DNA of 64,000 nucleotides, from positions 1-64,000 of the IMG/VR virus record IMGVR_UViG_3300032307_000622, one strand, 5' to 3'. Positions 28,101 through 37,373 of the stretch are shown here, piece after piece. A model generated the notes under the pieces. That model was given only the letters and a program-made list of their open reading frames with translations, was not told the origin of the DNA and made no database searches. Source of the DNA: a virus. The position numbers and the translations under genes were made by a program. Position 1 is the first letter of the stretch. Every line of letters begins with the position of its first letter.

Positions 28101-28322
28101 ATGGAATACTGGTCATGGATACTTGCTGCAATTGGCGTAGCTGGAATTTACTTTGTAGGAAAGAAAACGCTTTGGGGATGGTTTGTCCTTTTGTTCAATG
28201 AGGCTGTCTGGATTATCTATGCTATCATTACAGAACAGTATGGATTTATTGTTTCAGCGTTTGCTTATGGAGCAGTATATATCAAGTCTTATCTACATTG
28301 GAGAGAAGACGCTAAAGTTTAA
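28101..28322 (+). CDS. PnuC-like small membrane protein
   Basis: WSWILAAIGVAG...WGW...W..YA...QYGF motif. Confidence 0.6.
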   Translation: MEYWSWILAAIGVAGIYFVGKKTLWGWFVLLFNEAVWIIYAIITEQYGFIVSAFAYGAVYIKSYLHWREDAKV

Positions 28323-28462
28323 TGACCAAAGGAGGAGCAATGGCTAAGATGGCAAGTCTACATGCAGAAGGCTACACAGACAAGGATCTAGAAGACATAG
28401 AGCTTATTGAAATTTTAGAAGACATTCTAATAGACTAAAACTGAGCGGTATAGGATAACAAG

Positions 28463-28684
28463 ATGATCAAATATGAACACGGCATGCTGGTATTAAATGC
28501 AGCCATGTCCAAGGCAGATGCAAAGGCAATTAACGATTTCCTGGAGAAGGTAAAACAGGAAGAAAAACAAAGGATTCTTAATGAGATAGATAAGGTTGAG
28601 GCTCAGTCACATGCCACAAAGACACCAATCTATCAAGAAGCCTTGCTGTCTAAAATAAGAGAAATTGTTGTCCAACACTCTTGA
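28463..28684 (+). CDS. hypothetical protein
   Basis: ORF with AGGA SD. Confidence 0.55.
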   Translation: MIKYEHGMLVLNAAMSKADAKAINDFLEKVKQEEKQRILNEIDKVEAQSHATKTPIYQEALLSKIREIVVQHS

Positions 28685-28746
28685 CAGATACCCTGATATC
28701 AGGTATACTTTCATTAAAGAAACAATAACTTTCATTTAAGGAAAAC

Positions 28747-29046
28747 ATGGACTACGAAACTCTGACTTCTGAGCAAAAAGAGATATTTGACGCAGGCGAA
28801 GAAGCTGGCTACGAAAGCGGTTTTGATGCTGGCTGGCAGGCTTGTGAGAATGATCCTGGCATTGAGCACTATGACGAGGGCTATGCAGATGGAATTCAGG
28901 CAGAGCGTCAGCGTGTCCAAGATGTACTTAGCATGATGTTTGAGGCTTCCCTAAATCTGGGGCAGGGGAACAAGGCCGTACAATACAAGAACGTTATGGA
29001 ACTGCTCCAGCCAGTAGAAATGAGAACGGTATTAAACGATGACTAG
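28747..29046 (+). CDS. hypothetical protein (GY/GF repeats)
   Basis: DAG/GYE/GYAD repeats; promoter TTGACA...TATACT upstream. Confidence 0.6.
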   Translation: MDYETLTSEQKEIFDAGEEAGYESGFDAGWQACENDPGIEHYDEGYADGIQAERQRVQDVLSMMFEASLNLGQGNKAVQYKNVMELLQPVEMRTVLNDD

Positions 29047-29242
29047 AGAATCAAATAAAAGAAGTCTCCTAAAGACTCTAAGCTGGGAGTTCGTCCATCT
29101 TGTTATCATAGCAGGAGCAATCTTCGTATTCACAGGTAAGTGGGAGTATGCTACTCTAGGAGCACTTATCTATATTGCTTGGGAGGCTCTGGCATACTTT
29201 ATCCATGAGCGTATCTGGGCAAAGTTTATTAAGATTAACTAA
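29039..29242 (+). CDS. DUF2061-family membrane protein
   Basis: RSLLKTLSW...YFIHERIW motif. Confidence 0.72.
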   Translation: MTRESNKRSLLKTLSWEFVHLVIIAGAIFVFTGKWEYATLGALIYIAWEALAYFIHERIWAKFIKIN

Positions 29243-29352
29243 GCTTTAACTAGCTTACGCTTAATTGGATCAAAGGTCTTCGGGTGCTTCTTGAAGGCCT
29301 TTCCATTTTGCCTGTCAGAGTTTCGTGTACGAGTGGTATTCTTATTTGCCAT
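29239..29352 (-). CDS. small basic protein (37 aa)
   Basis: MANKNTTRTRNSDRQNGKAFKKHPKTFDPIKRKLVKA; TGCTATAAT 6 nt upstream of the ATG. Confidence 0.55.
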   Translation of the reverse strand: MANKNTTRTRNSDRQNGKAFKKHPKTFDPIKRKLVKA

Positions 29353-29381
29353 TTAAAAATTATAGCATAGTGGGCTAAAAA

Positions 29382-29412
29382 TTCGGGCGAAAAAGTTCGG
29401 CGGTAAATAAGA
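29382..29412. repeat. left arm of an imperfect inverted repeat (partner 44300-44355)
   Basis: Reverse complement CTCTTATTTACCGCCGAACTTTTTCGCCCGAA versus CTCTTATTCCGCCGAGCTACATCCGCCGAA at 44300. Confidence 0.55.
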
Positions 29413-29421
29413 GGTTCTAAG

Positions 29422-29892
29422 CTACTCCGTAGCAATACTCTCTAGTATCCTATTATGCTTCACTATATTACATTTACCATGAGCAGGTCTAACATTCTCT
29501 AAAGTATCATCTCCACCCCTAGACAAAGGTATGACATGATCGATATGCAAAGACTTCTCCCAGCCTGGTTGACCTGTACCACGAGGAGCGTCTAAATCTA
29601 TGGCTCCGCCACAAAGATGACAATCCGTGCCATAAGTCTCTATAACCATATTAGCTGAGAAATAATCTTTTTTAGGGTTAAAGCCTTGACGAAGGAGTTT
29701 CTTAAATCTGGTGCCATTTCTAATCTTACGGTTAGTCCTGGTATACTCCCTAATTCGAATTTTCTTTTCTGGACGTTTACGATATTCTTTCCAGTATTCT
29801 CTCATAGCCTCCATACAAGGTTCACAAAAGTCATCCTTGTACTTACGTCTGTGATCATCATGACCAGCTTTAGTTCCACATTTAGGGTGCAT
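29422..29892 (-). CDS. HNH endonuclease
   Basis: CHLCG, HIDHVIPLSRGG, N...AH..CN motifs. Confidence 0.9.
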   Translation of the reverse strand: MHPKCGTKAGHDDHRRKYKDDFCEPCMEAMREYWKEYRKRPEKKIRIREYTRTNRKIRNGTRFKKLLRQGFNPKKDYFSANMVIETYGTDCHLCGGAIDLDAPRGTGQPGWEKSLHIDHVIPLSRGGDDTLENVRPAHGKCNIVKHNRILESIATE

Positions 29893-29965
29893 ACTCTATT
29901 GTATCAAAATCAGGGGGGATGCACAAGAAGCATCATAATCCCTAGTATAAGATATAATAACTAGT

Positions 29966-30070
29966 ATGAACGATATAACCATATTAGCTATTAGTCTCAT
30001 AGGGGCTTTTGTAAGCTCAGCTGCTATCCTGATATGGCTAGAAAAAGAAGAAAAGAAGAATCAGAGATAG
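29966..30070 (+). CDS. small membrane peptide
   Basis: MNDITILAISLIGAFVSSAAILIWLEKEEKKNQR; TATAAT upstream. Confidence 0.45.
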   Translation: MNDITILAISLIGAFVSSAAILIWLEKEEKKNQR

Positions 30071-30506
30071 CCCACATAAGGTCATAAACGAAGATTTAAG
30101 TACCCCCAAATATTATCGTAAAGACATAATCATATGGTCTTAGAATCCATTTTAGAGCTGTTTAGAGCATGTTTTTGATGTATTTTTAGATATAAAGTTC
30201 TTACTGATTATATAAAGATATATCGTAAAGTGGAGTAAAGTGGATGATAGTGGAGAATGGAGCCCCATTAATCTTAAGCCTCGTAATGATTTTTTCCAAA
30301 TACCCATATCCCCATATCACACATATCCAAATTTGTCAAGTATTTTCTATATAAATTTTATGCAAAAATATCCAAATATCGTAATGTTATTTAAATAAAC
30401 ATATATCAAATATTCTAAAATATAATAACTTTCTGGGAAAATTTTAATAGCGATCGTAATGTCATATCAGCACATGTATTTGTATTTATACTAGGGATAT
30501 TTGATA

Positions 30507-30722
30507 TCAGGAGTTGTTCTGATCTGTACCGCTTTGCGAATCCTTAACAGGATTAGTATTAATGATCTCATCTTTCGGGGTAAAAACAAACATCTTCGTA
30601 ATAGCTTTATCTAAACCAGTAAGAGAAAAGAACCCATACCAAATATTCATACCTGGTTGAAATGGACTTTCGTAATCTGGGTCCTTCATCATCTCTGCAA
30701 AGTGATGTCTACCTGGACTCAT
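30507..30722 (-). CDS. hypothetical protein
   Basis: ORF with AAAGGA SD. Confidence 0.55.
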   Translation of the reverse strand: MSPGRHHFAEMMKDPDYESPFQPGMNIWYGFFSLTGLDKAITKMFVFTPKDEIINTNPVKDSQSGTDQNNS

Positions 30723-30739
30723 GAAATATCCTTTACAAA

Positions 30740-31714
30740 TTAGTTAAGAATTACTACGTCAGCAATGGTAGCAAACTGTGATGTATTGATAGATTCGATA
30801 ACTGTCTGTGTTGCTAGATCAACTCTTAGAATCTTTGCATCATCCCAGTTCTGTGCACCATGGGTAAGCTCAAATGTTTCTGATCCCTTAGCATTAGCAA
30901 ATACTAGGATCTCTCCATTAAGGATAACTCCACCACGTAGGAACTTGTCTTCAGCATTTACAATGTACTTCTTAGATACTCTATTAGTAGCTAGATCCAT
31001 TGTAACGATCATACCCCTCTGGGATCCAAATGAGTATAGCTTTCCATCGTGGATAAGAATGTCATGACATGCGTAATCAAGGTTAGCAAGTTTTGTTGCA
31101 TTTGTCAAGTCCTTGTCCATAACAAATATTTCTGATCTCTTCTGGTATCTATTGTGAGCTAGAACATAGACATTGTCTCCATCTACGGTAACAGCGTTAA
31201 GGTGGAAGGTATCCATTGTGTTCTTAGGATCCGAAGGGTATGTAAGGGTAGCTTCCCTATCCATAGTCTTAAAGCTAAAGTGAATCTCTTCCTTAGTAGA
31301 TACATTAATTCTTGTGATAGTGTCATTGCTTGTATTTGTTCTAAAGATATATCCATCTGAATAGGTAATCTCATGAACATGTGGAACACCTGATGTTGAG
31401 ATAGTCTCAATATACTGATAAGTATTTTCATCAAATGCAACAATATTGTAATTTGAAGCTACAAAGATCTTTCCTTCACCAGTAGTAATACCAAATGGAA
31501 GGAATGCTAATTCTCTAGGCTGAGCACTAATCTCATCAGTATCCTGGGTTGCAAATACCCCACGAGGTTGTGGTCTACCATCTGTTGGTCTAGCATCTAG
31601 TTCTGGGGAAAAAGGAACTGAGTTCGTAATAGTCTTAGTCTCAGGATCTAGAACGAAAAAGGAATAACGGTTATTGTCTACTTTGTGATAGACGGAAGTA
31701 AGTAGTAGTTTCAT
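30740..31714 (-). CDS. beta-propeller protein
   Basis: Repeated blades with H-containing turns (HVHEI, HLNAV, CHDI, FLRG); leaderless. Confidence 0.6.
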   Translation of the reverse strand: MKLLLTSVYHKVDNNRYSFFVLDPETKTITNSVPFSPELDARPTDGRPQPRGVFATQDTDEISAQPRELAFLPFGITTGEGKIFVASNYNIVAFDENTYQYIETISTSGVPHVHEITYSDGYIFRTNTSNDTITRINVSTKEEIHFSFKTMDREATLTYPSDPKNTMDTFHLNAVTVDGDNVYVLAHNRYQKRSEIFVMDKDLTNATKLANLDYACHDILIHDGKLYSFGSQRGMIVTMDLATNRVSKKYIVNAEDKFLRGGVILNGEILVFANAKGSETFELTHGAQNWDDAKILRVDLATQTVIESINTSQFATIADVVILN

Positions 31715-31799
31715 GTTTAAATTATACCATCATTTCTGCGAATTTTTTATTGACTTTCGTAATGGAAAGTGTTATAATGCAAGGGCTGTCGCCATGTTT

Positions 31800-31912
31800 G
31801 AGGGGGAAACTAGAACCAACGACAATTCCAGTCTCCCCCTCTGTGATAGCCAGCCCAACCCCTCAGACCGATACGCTATCACTCTTGACAGGGAGTAATC
31901 TCAACCTGCCAA
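31800..31912 (-). ncRNA. three-hairpin structured element A
   Basis: Three consecutive stems after the 31923 stop; G-U pairs favour the minus strand; paralog at 32672-32769. Confidence 0.5.
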
Positions 31913-31922
31913 ATCTATTTAG

Positions 31923-32132
31923 TTATGATACAGAACTTGCCTTACGAAGTGTATCAAGGCTGACAGAGTCAATGAACTTGCCGTTCTTGCGGTATACAAT
32001 TCGTTCTGATGTTCCATAACGAGTGTTCCATACCTCTAGGTAAGGAATAACATCTCCTTCACGCTTAGCCTTCTTCGTCACCTTAGTTAGACGCTTTGGC
32101 TGAGCCTTCTTGGCCTTTGGAAATACTGCCAC
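31923..32132 (-). CDS. small basic hypothetical protein
   Basis: Lys-rich; GTG start with AAGGAG SD. Confidence 0.6.
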   Translation of the reverse strand: MAVFPKAKKAQPKRLTKVTKKAKREGDVIPYLEVWNTRYGTSERIVYRKNGKFIDSVSLDTLRKASSVS

Positions 32133-32193
32133 TTTTTTCTCCTTGTTGTTTATGTATTAATTGTAGACTATTCAGTTATGTTTGTCAATAGCT

Positions 32194-32451
32194 TTATCCA
32201 AGCAAATCATCTAGAGTTTCAAAGCCTGTGTCTTCTATCTCCATGCCAGTTAGAAAAAGATCGAAAGTTTCATTAACAAACTTTTCAGCCATTGTACTTG
32301 GCTCTACGATCCTGTTTGCCAGCATGTATGCTAGGGGCAGTCCGATATCGTTATACTCAATAAAGTCCTTAAACTCTTCGTCATCACGATAGTTGAGCCA
32401 GAGGTCTCCCAGTATCTCTGTCTTACTAGTAAAAGAAGTTGTTTCCAAAAT
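32194..32451 (-). CDS. hypothetical protein
   Basis: ILGDLWLNYRDDEEFKDFIEYNDIGLPLAY; start uncertain. Confidence 0.6.
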   Translation of the reverse strand: MLETTSFTSKTEILGDLWLNYRDDEEFKDFIEYNDIGLPLAYMLANRIVEPSTMAEKFVNETFDLFLTGMEIEDTGFETLDDLLG

Positions 32452-32632
32452 CTTCTTCCTCTCTCTCATACCTTGCGGCATCAGCAATTTCCATAAATCT
32501 TCTATAAGTGACATTTGGTGCTGACCTTGCTATGTATTCTCCAACTTGGTCAAGGTCTAGTGTCACATTGTTTACGAGTTTAGATAATTGCTCTGCCACC
32601 TTTTCATTATCGCTTTTTGTTCGCTTTCCCAA
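32426..32632 (-). CDS. hypothetical protein
   Basis: EKVAEQLSKLV...LDLDQVG; promoter TTGACA-17-TACAAT upstream. Confidence 0.6.
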   Translation of the reverse strand: MGKRTKSDNEKVAEQLSKLVNNVTLDLDQVGEYIARSAPNVTYRRFMEIADAARYEREEEDFGNNFFY

Positions 32633-32671
32633 TTATACAAATCTCCTGTGCTTATTGTACCAAAAATGGTT

Positions 32672-32769
32672 GGGGGTGTCAAGAGTGAAAGTAGGAAATC
32701 TCTCAACACCCCCTCAGTGCCCAGCTACCCAACCAGGCACCTTACTAGGGAGCTAGGCTCAACCTAATA
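32672..32769 (-). ncRNA. three-hairpin structured element B with anti-RBS loop
   Basis: Stems CTTATTAGG/CCTAGTAAG, GTGCCTGG/CTGGGCAC and GGGGGTGTTGAGAG/CTCTTGACACCCCC; last loop ATTTCCTACTTTCA. Confidence 0.55.
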
Positions 32770-32775
32770 AGATTA

Positions 32776-33123
32776 TTAAACTACATCTTCCCAGTACTTG
32801 GGCAGTTCATCGAAATACTGCTTTAGCCTATCTGACATCTTATCCCAATACTCTAGCTTGAAGCCGTGTAGGCCATACCATGTGTCAACCTCAGTCCTGA
32901 AGTATTCATCCTGGTTTAAACCCAAGGCCACAATCTCCTCACCTGTTAATCTAATAGGGTCATTGCTGTACTCTTGAGAGTTACCCTCATTATACGTGTA
33001 GACATGAATGCACCAGCTAGCAGGGTCCCAATATGACTCCCCTCCAGCATCTAGCTCCTCTGGCATATAGATGTTTAAATCATAGTCAATAAGAGTCTTA
33101 TCTCTGTTCTTGTTCCTATACAT
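32776..33123 (-). CDS. hypothetical acidic protein
   Basis: ORF; the MYRNK start overlaps the upstream stop. Confidence 0.6.
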   Translation of the reverse strand: MYRNKNRDKTLIDYDLNIYMPEELDAGGESYWDPASWCIHVYTYNEGNSQEYSNDPIRLTGEEIVALGLNQDEYFRTEVDTWYGLHGFKLEYWDKMSDRLKQYFDELPKYWEDVV

Positions 33124-33508
33124 ACTTTGTAACATAGCCGTAGCCCTCACATTCTTGGCAGTCTGGGTCTCCCCATTCGTTGCCACGCTTCTCTAACATT
33201 TCTTCGTCTTCACTGTAGCACTCACATTCTGTTTCTACAGATAGGATAACTTCATAGTCTGTGTCATCTTGCCACGGTACCTCGCAAACATGATAACTAA
33301 TCCTATTAACCCAAGCAATACCTGCCACTAGCAGGCTAGACATGTCTCCGTCCACCCATGTCCAAACATAGTGTGGGTCTAGGGATTTGATGTACTCCCA
33401 TTCCTCACCATAGGTTTCAAAGTTGTAATTGTTGGTGGGCACGAGGTGATTTTGCTTTGGCTTGAATTCTTCTTCAAAAGCATCCCAACCTTGGATTTCT
33501 CTAAACAT
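33116..33508 (-). CDS. hypothetical protein
   Basis: FETYGEE...VWTWVDGD...VNRI motif; C-terminal CxxCxG. Confidence 0.7.
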   Translation of the reverse strand: MFREIQGWDAFEEEFKPKQNHLVPTNNYNFETYGEEWEYIKSLDPHYVWTWVDGDMSSLLVAGIAWVNRISYHVCEVPWQDDTDYEVILSVETECECYSEDEEMLEKRGNEWGDPDCQECEGYGYVTKYV

Positions 33509-33532
33509 TTCCTACTCTACTTTCTACTGGGG

Positions 33533-33763
33533 TTATTTCCTAAAGACATTATAGCCTGACATACCGACTTTGTCAACAGCAGTTCTCTGAACATCCATCC
33601 AAGCAGTCTCACCAAAGAAATACTTAGGTCGCTGCCCTTCAATAACTAACTTATAAAAGTCATAGTAGCGATCAGACTCCATAACCTGGACGGTATTGTA
33701 GTGATAGATCCTGGTCCAAGTGGTATCTTTTACACTAGGCTTTTTATCAACATAAATCTGCAT
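33533..33763 (-). CDS. hypothetical protein
   Basis: KYFFGETAW.DVQR motif. Confidence 0.6.
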   Translation of the reverse strand: MQIYVDKKPSVKDTTWTRIYHYNTVQVMESDRYYDFYKLVIEGQRPKYFFGETAWMDVQRTAVDKVGMSGYNVFRK

Positions 33764-34003
33764 TAGACTCTCTTTCCTTTGTATAAATCTACACCAAGAC
33801 CTTTATTGATCTTCTTGCCACACCATGTACATGCTCCATAGCTATAGTAATGCATGTGTTTACTCATCTACTTATCTCCTAGGGTTGAAGGGTTTGATAA
33901 TCAATTATCTCAAATTCTGCGAAAAAAGTCAAGCTGTTCGTAATTCTTTTTTATCACTAACAATATTATGTAAGTTATGCTGTCGCCCCAGAATGGGGTC
34001 CTG

Positions 34004-34213
34004 TTATAGACCCCACTCCTCTGTAAAGTTATCAAGTTCAATGTGACGAACTTTGTCATCATCTCCAGCAAGGATAGCCTCAACATAGTCAAGCCTGTCC
34101 ATAGAAGACATGTCCTCTAGATTAGACCACTGCTGTTCGTTGAGGGCATTGAAGTCAAACTCCAATACGATAGAAGAGCCGTTGTATTCACCGTCATTAG
34201 TTACCCATGCCAT
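34004..34213 (-). CDS. hypothetical protein
   Basis: Coupled ORF with GGAGG SD. Confidence 0.6.
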   Translation of the reverse strand: MAWVTNDGEYNGSSIVLEFDFNALNEQQWSNLEDMSSMDRLDYVEAILAGDDDKVRHIELDNFTEEWGL

Positions 34214-34386
34214 TAGTCATCCTCCTGTATTCTAATTGTCGCAAGAAGTATTCCGAGAGCCTGCCGTGCTGACATTATGTCGAGAGCAGGATTGTCTATC
34301 GCATTCTTGATTGTTCTTTCTACATAGGCAATGGTGTCAACCATACCTTGCTCGTAGCCAATCTGTTCTAGTTCTGATACAGCCAT
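34213..34386 (-). CDS. hypothetical protein (57 aa)
   Basis: Hand-translated MAVSELEQIGYEQGMVD...; coupled to both neighbours. Confidence 0.6.
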   Translation of the reverse strand: MAVSELEQIGYEQGMVDTIAYVERTIKNAIDNPALDIMSARQALGILLATIRIQEDD

Positions 34387-34598
34387 CAGTAGTTGTCCTC
34401 GTATTTCGGTAGTTGGTCATAGGGATAGCCAATAGCACCTAGAACATTTTCATAGGCACTGATAAGGCCATTGAAATAGTCCTTAGAACTATCGTTCATG
34501 TCTAGCATGTTGTAGTGTGGCACAAGCTCATCTAGTCTTCCCAATAGATACTTTGCCAAACCGTTCATAGTTACATAGTCTGCGTCTTTACTCAACAA
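34386..34598 (-). CDS. hypothetical protein
   Basis: ORF in the coupled minus-strand run. Confidence 0.55.
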   Translation of the reverse strand: MLSKDADYVTMNGLAKYLLGRLDELVPHYNMLDMNDSSKDYFNGLISAYENVLGAIGYPYDQLPKYEDNY

Positions 34599-34722
34599 CT
34601 GTTGCCTCCCATGCTCCGTCAGGTAGATTAGCGTGATACTCTAATGCCATGTCAATAGCCTCATCTTCATCTAAGGCTTCTACTTCATACTCGCAAGTAT
34701 AAGTAACTAGATACTTCTTCAT
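34588..34722 (-). CDS. small acidic protein, VEAxxExEA family
   Basis: MKKYLVTYTCEYEVEALDEDEAIDMA... Confidence 0.6.
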   Translation of the reverse strand: MKKYLVTYTCEYEVEALDEDEAIDMALEYHANLPDGAWEATVVE

Positions 34723-34847
34723 TTTACTTTCTCCAACATCTCTGCCAACTTCTTCAGTTGCTCAGGGGTAAGGTTGTTCAATATATCTTCGTTGATTAGG
34801 TTGCTATTTGTCCACATAGAAACCATTGTAGCGTTAGGGTCTGACAT

Positions 34848-35216
34848 TTATTCCTCGTCTTCCTCTCCAAAGAATTGTCCAATAACAGTAACAAACTTAT
34901 CAGTCTCATCATCATTGGTAAACACAGCGTTGATGAATCTCAGGGAACAAGAATCCTCATACCAAGTAAGGACTAGGTCTTTCATCGCAGCAGGGGTATC
35001 AATAATAGTCTTATCATAACCATAGCCAATCATCTTCTCAGTCTGCTTAGCATCCATGTTTAGATAAATTTTGTGACAGCCATCAAAGGATACTGAGTCT
35101 GTTTGGTACATCAGGTCATCTAGGTTTGTTTCCTGGTTTCCCTCGCATAGATTACAGAAAGGGGTACAGTCAAAGTTGCCTTCGTGATTAGGGCATTCGA
35201 TGGTGGTATCAATCAT
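34848..35216 (-). CDS. hypothetical protein
   Basis: CPNHEGNFDCTPFCNLCEG followed by FDGCHKIY...SCSLRFI. Confidence 0.7.
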   Translation of the reverse strand: MIDTTIECPNHEGNFDCTPFCNLCEGNQETNLDDLMYQTDSVSFDGCHKIYLNMDAKQTEKMIGYGYDKTIIDTPAAMKDLVLTWYEDSCSLRFINAVFTNDDETDKFVTVIGQFFGEEDEE

Positions 35217-35400
35217 TGTCATCATCATCTTCATCCTCCTCTAGCTCCTCAACATCAATGTCATAGACACCATCATAGGTAATGTCGTTGTCCATAGAAT
35301 CTCCCCAACTAGTCCAAGCTAGCTGTTCGGCTGCCTCTGCTGATTCTGCTTCTAGCTCACCAGCAAAGTCAATACGCATCTTCACATAGTATTTGGGCAT
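35209..35400 (-). CDS. small acidic protein, VEAxxExEA family
   Basis: MPKYYVKMRIDFAGELEAESAEAAEQLA; SD AGAAAGTAG. Confidence 0.65.
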   Translation of the reverse strand: MPKYYVKMRIDFAGELEAESAEAAEQLAWTSWGDSMDNDITYDGVYDIDVEELEEDEDDDDND

Positions 35401-35553
35401 TTATCTACTTTCTTTAGGGTAGGTCTATTATGACATGACCCTCAGACATTTTGTAGTTTCTGGGAAAAAAGTTATGCGGTCGTAATTATTTTTTTATCTT
35501 AATCTATATGATTATTGAAAACCTGGGCGGCTCAATTTCGATCCATGAATGGA

Positions 35554-35580
35554 GGGCAGTTTATACTCATGCCCAGGAGT
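35554..35580 (-). ncRNA. 3'-UTR pseudoknot motif copy 3
   Basis: ACTC-CT-GGGCA-T-GAGT-AT-AAAC-TGCCC, 5 nt after the DUF932 stop. Confidence 0.65.
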
Positions 35581-35585
35581 GTTGC

Positions 35586-36590
35586 TTAGTTAGCTAAAAC
35601 CAACTGAAGCAGTCTGTTCTTTTCAGCAGTTGTCACTGGGTCAAAACCAGAAGCAGCTGCTAGGATAGATTCGTTAGAACCACCACGAGCAGAGCGGTAC
35701 CAGTCTAGTCTTTCAGTTAGAGCGTTGAAAGCTCCCCACTTAGTTCCAGCGATTGTGTTGTTATACTCACCAACATAGATTGCGTTGATTAGGTCAATCT
35801 TATCGTTGTGCTTTTTGAATGAGCCCTTAGAGTCTTTTTCTGGGGCAGGGTAAGCGAGTTCAACAATCTTGTCAAACTGTGCCTTGGTGATTTCAGTTTC
35901 AATCATAGCCTTAGCCATCTCATCAAACTTATCCATGTAAGCGTTAGCCAAACCAAGAGCCTCTCTAGCTTGCTGAACTTTGCCAGAAGCTGTTGCGGTG
36001 TGTCTAATCTTGAATGACTGCTTGACACTTCCACCTCTGCCACGATTACCAAGAGCAAGGTTTAGAGTGTTAGCACATACAACACGAACTGGTGTGATAC
36101 TAGCTTGAATGGCAACAGAACCATCATGGCTAGTGTTGATTAGAAGATAAGTGTTTACCTTATCAGACACGCCGTTAGGGTCTAGGATAGTCTCACGCTC
36201 AAGAGCAAGAGAACCAAAAACCTGTCTGCCACCCTTGATAGAGCCAGCAGTCTCCCAACGACCTCCGCCATCTAGCATCAGGTCTCCGAAATCAAACAAG
36301 TCTTCATTCTGAAGCGGAACATAACGCTCACCAACTACGCCAAGAACATCATTTTGTTCTGAGTTGAATGGGTTAGTTCTAGTTACGAATGAGTAACCCT
36401 TGTCTGAAGCAAAACCATCAGGAATTGCTACATCTTCCAAGCGAACATTCCAGTTAGACAAGTGTGCCAAGTCTAGCATCTCTGCTGTGGTTACTTCCTT
36501 GTCAAAGACTGTGCCTAGCCCATGCCAAGCTGGCTGGCGAAGGGAAGCAAAAGCGGTCTGTCCGTTTACGGTCTCTAGCTCATGTGCCAT
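35586..36590 (-). CDS. DUF932 / phage-plasmid protein (TIGR03299-like)
   Basis: MAHE...PAWHGLG, LGVVG.RY...QN, ETAGS..GGR, NTSHDGS, TPVRVVCANTL, RHT motifs. Confidence 0.88.
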   Translation of the reverse strand: MAHELETVNGQTAFASLRQPAWHGLGTVFDKEVTTAEMLDLAHLSNWNVRLEDVAIPDGFASDKGYSFVTRTNPFNSEQNDVLGVVGERYVPLQNEDLFDFGDLMLDGGGRWETAGSIKGGRQVFGSLALERETILDPNGVSDKVNTYLLINTSHDGSVAIQASITPVRVVCANTLNLALGNRGRGGSVKQSFKIRHTATASGKVQQAREALGLANAYMDKFDEMAKAMIETEITKAQFDKIVELAYPAPEKDSKGSFKKHNDKIDLINAIYVGEYNNTIAGTKWGAFNALTERLDWYRSARGGSNESILAAASGFDPVTTAEKNRLLQLVLAN

Positions 36591-36780
36591 GTTTTTCTAC
36601 TTTCTGTTAGGGGATTTCTAATAATCTAATTATAGGGTTACCCTCCGACATTGTCAAGGATTCAGGGCAAAATAATTAATCTTCGTAAATAACAGTTTGG
36701 TAACAAAATGGGGGCCGCCCAAATCCACCCACTCAGTATTTGTGATCACGAGATCTTCAGCTTTTGTGTGGGTGGCTGGG

Positions 36781-36808
36781 TGAGCAGTTTAGCGACATAC
36801 TCAGGTCG
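36781..36808 (-). ncRNA. 3'-UTR pseudoknot motif copy 4
   Basis: CGAC-CT-GAGTA-T-GTCG-CT-AAAC-TGCTCA. Confidence 0.65.
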
Positions 36809-36817
36809 TTTGTCTGT

Positions 36818-37264
36818 TTAGATAAGTTCCATTACAGACGAGTAAGATGAAGCAGAAACTTCCTCTTGCGTAGTCATACGAAGCACCTTGAGATTACGCT
36901 CTAGGATTTCCTTACGAGTTGAGTGTTCCCTACCAAACCACTCACGCTGGTTAGGCTTGCTTGGCTCAGTTGGCTTCTCTCCCAACCCAATTAGTTCTGG
37001 GTCTAGGACAAGTTCCAGCCTACCATTGTAGTTGGTTGAGATACGAATAACGCTATCGTAGTCATAACCAATCTTGGCAGAGTTGTTCTTGAGATACTCA
37101 GAAACAGCACTAGCAACCTTCTTCTTGTATTCCTCAGTTGCCAACTCATACTGCTTACGCTCATCTGCGTAGTTTGCTACTGCCTCGTCAATCTTCGCAA
37201 TAGACTTCTCAATGTCTGCGATTAGAACGGATACAGGGATTTTTACGGACATAGTTCTAGCCAT
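36818..37264 (-). CDS. hypothetical coiled-coil protein
   Basis: SD AGAAAGTAG; own promoter. Confidence 0.7.
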   Translation of the reverse strand: MARTMSVKIPVSVLIADIEKSIAKIDEAVANYADERKQYELATEEYKKKVASAVSEYLKNNSAKIGYDYDSVIRISTNYNGRLELVLDPELIGLGEKPTEPSKPNQREWFGREHSTRKEILERNLKVLRMTTQEEVSASSYSSVMELI

Positions 37265-37333
37265 AATTTATTTCTACTTTCTTTCAGGGTAATTACATTA
37301 TACATAGGGGGTAGGACATTTATTTAGTTGTGG

Positions 37334-37363
37334 TGAGCAGTTTATCTTGACTTGCTCAGGTCA
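37334..37363 (-). ncRNA. 3'-UTR pseudoknot motif copy 5
   Basis: TGAC-CT-GAGCA-A-GTCA-AGAT-AAAC-TGCTCA. Confidence 0.65.
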
Positions 37364-37373
37364 GAGGAGGTGA

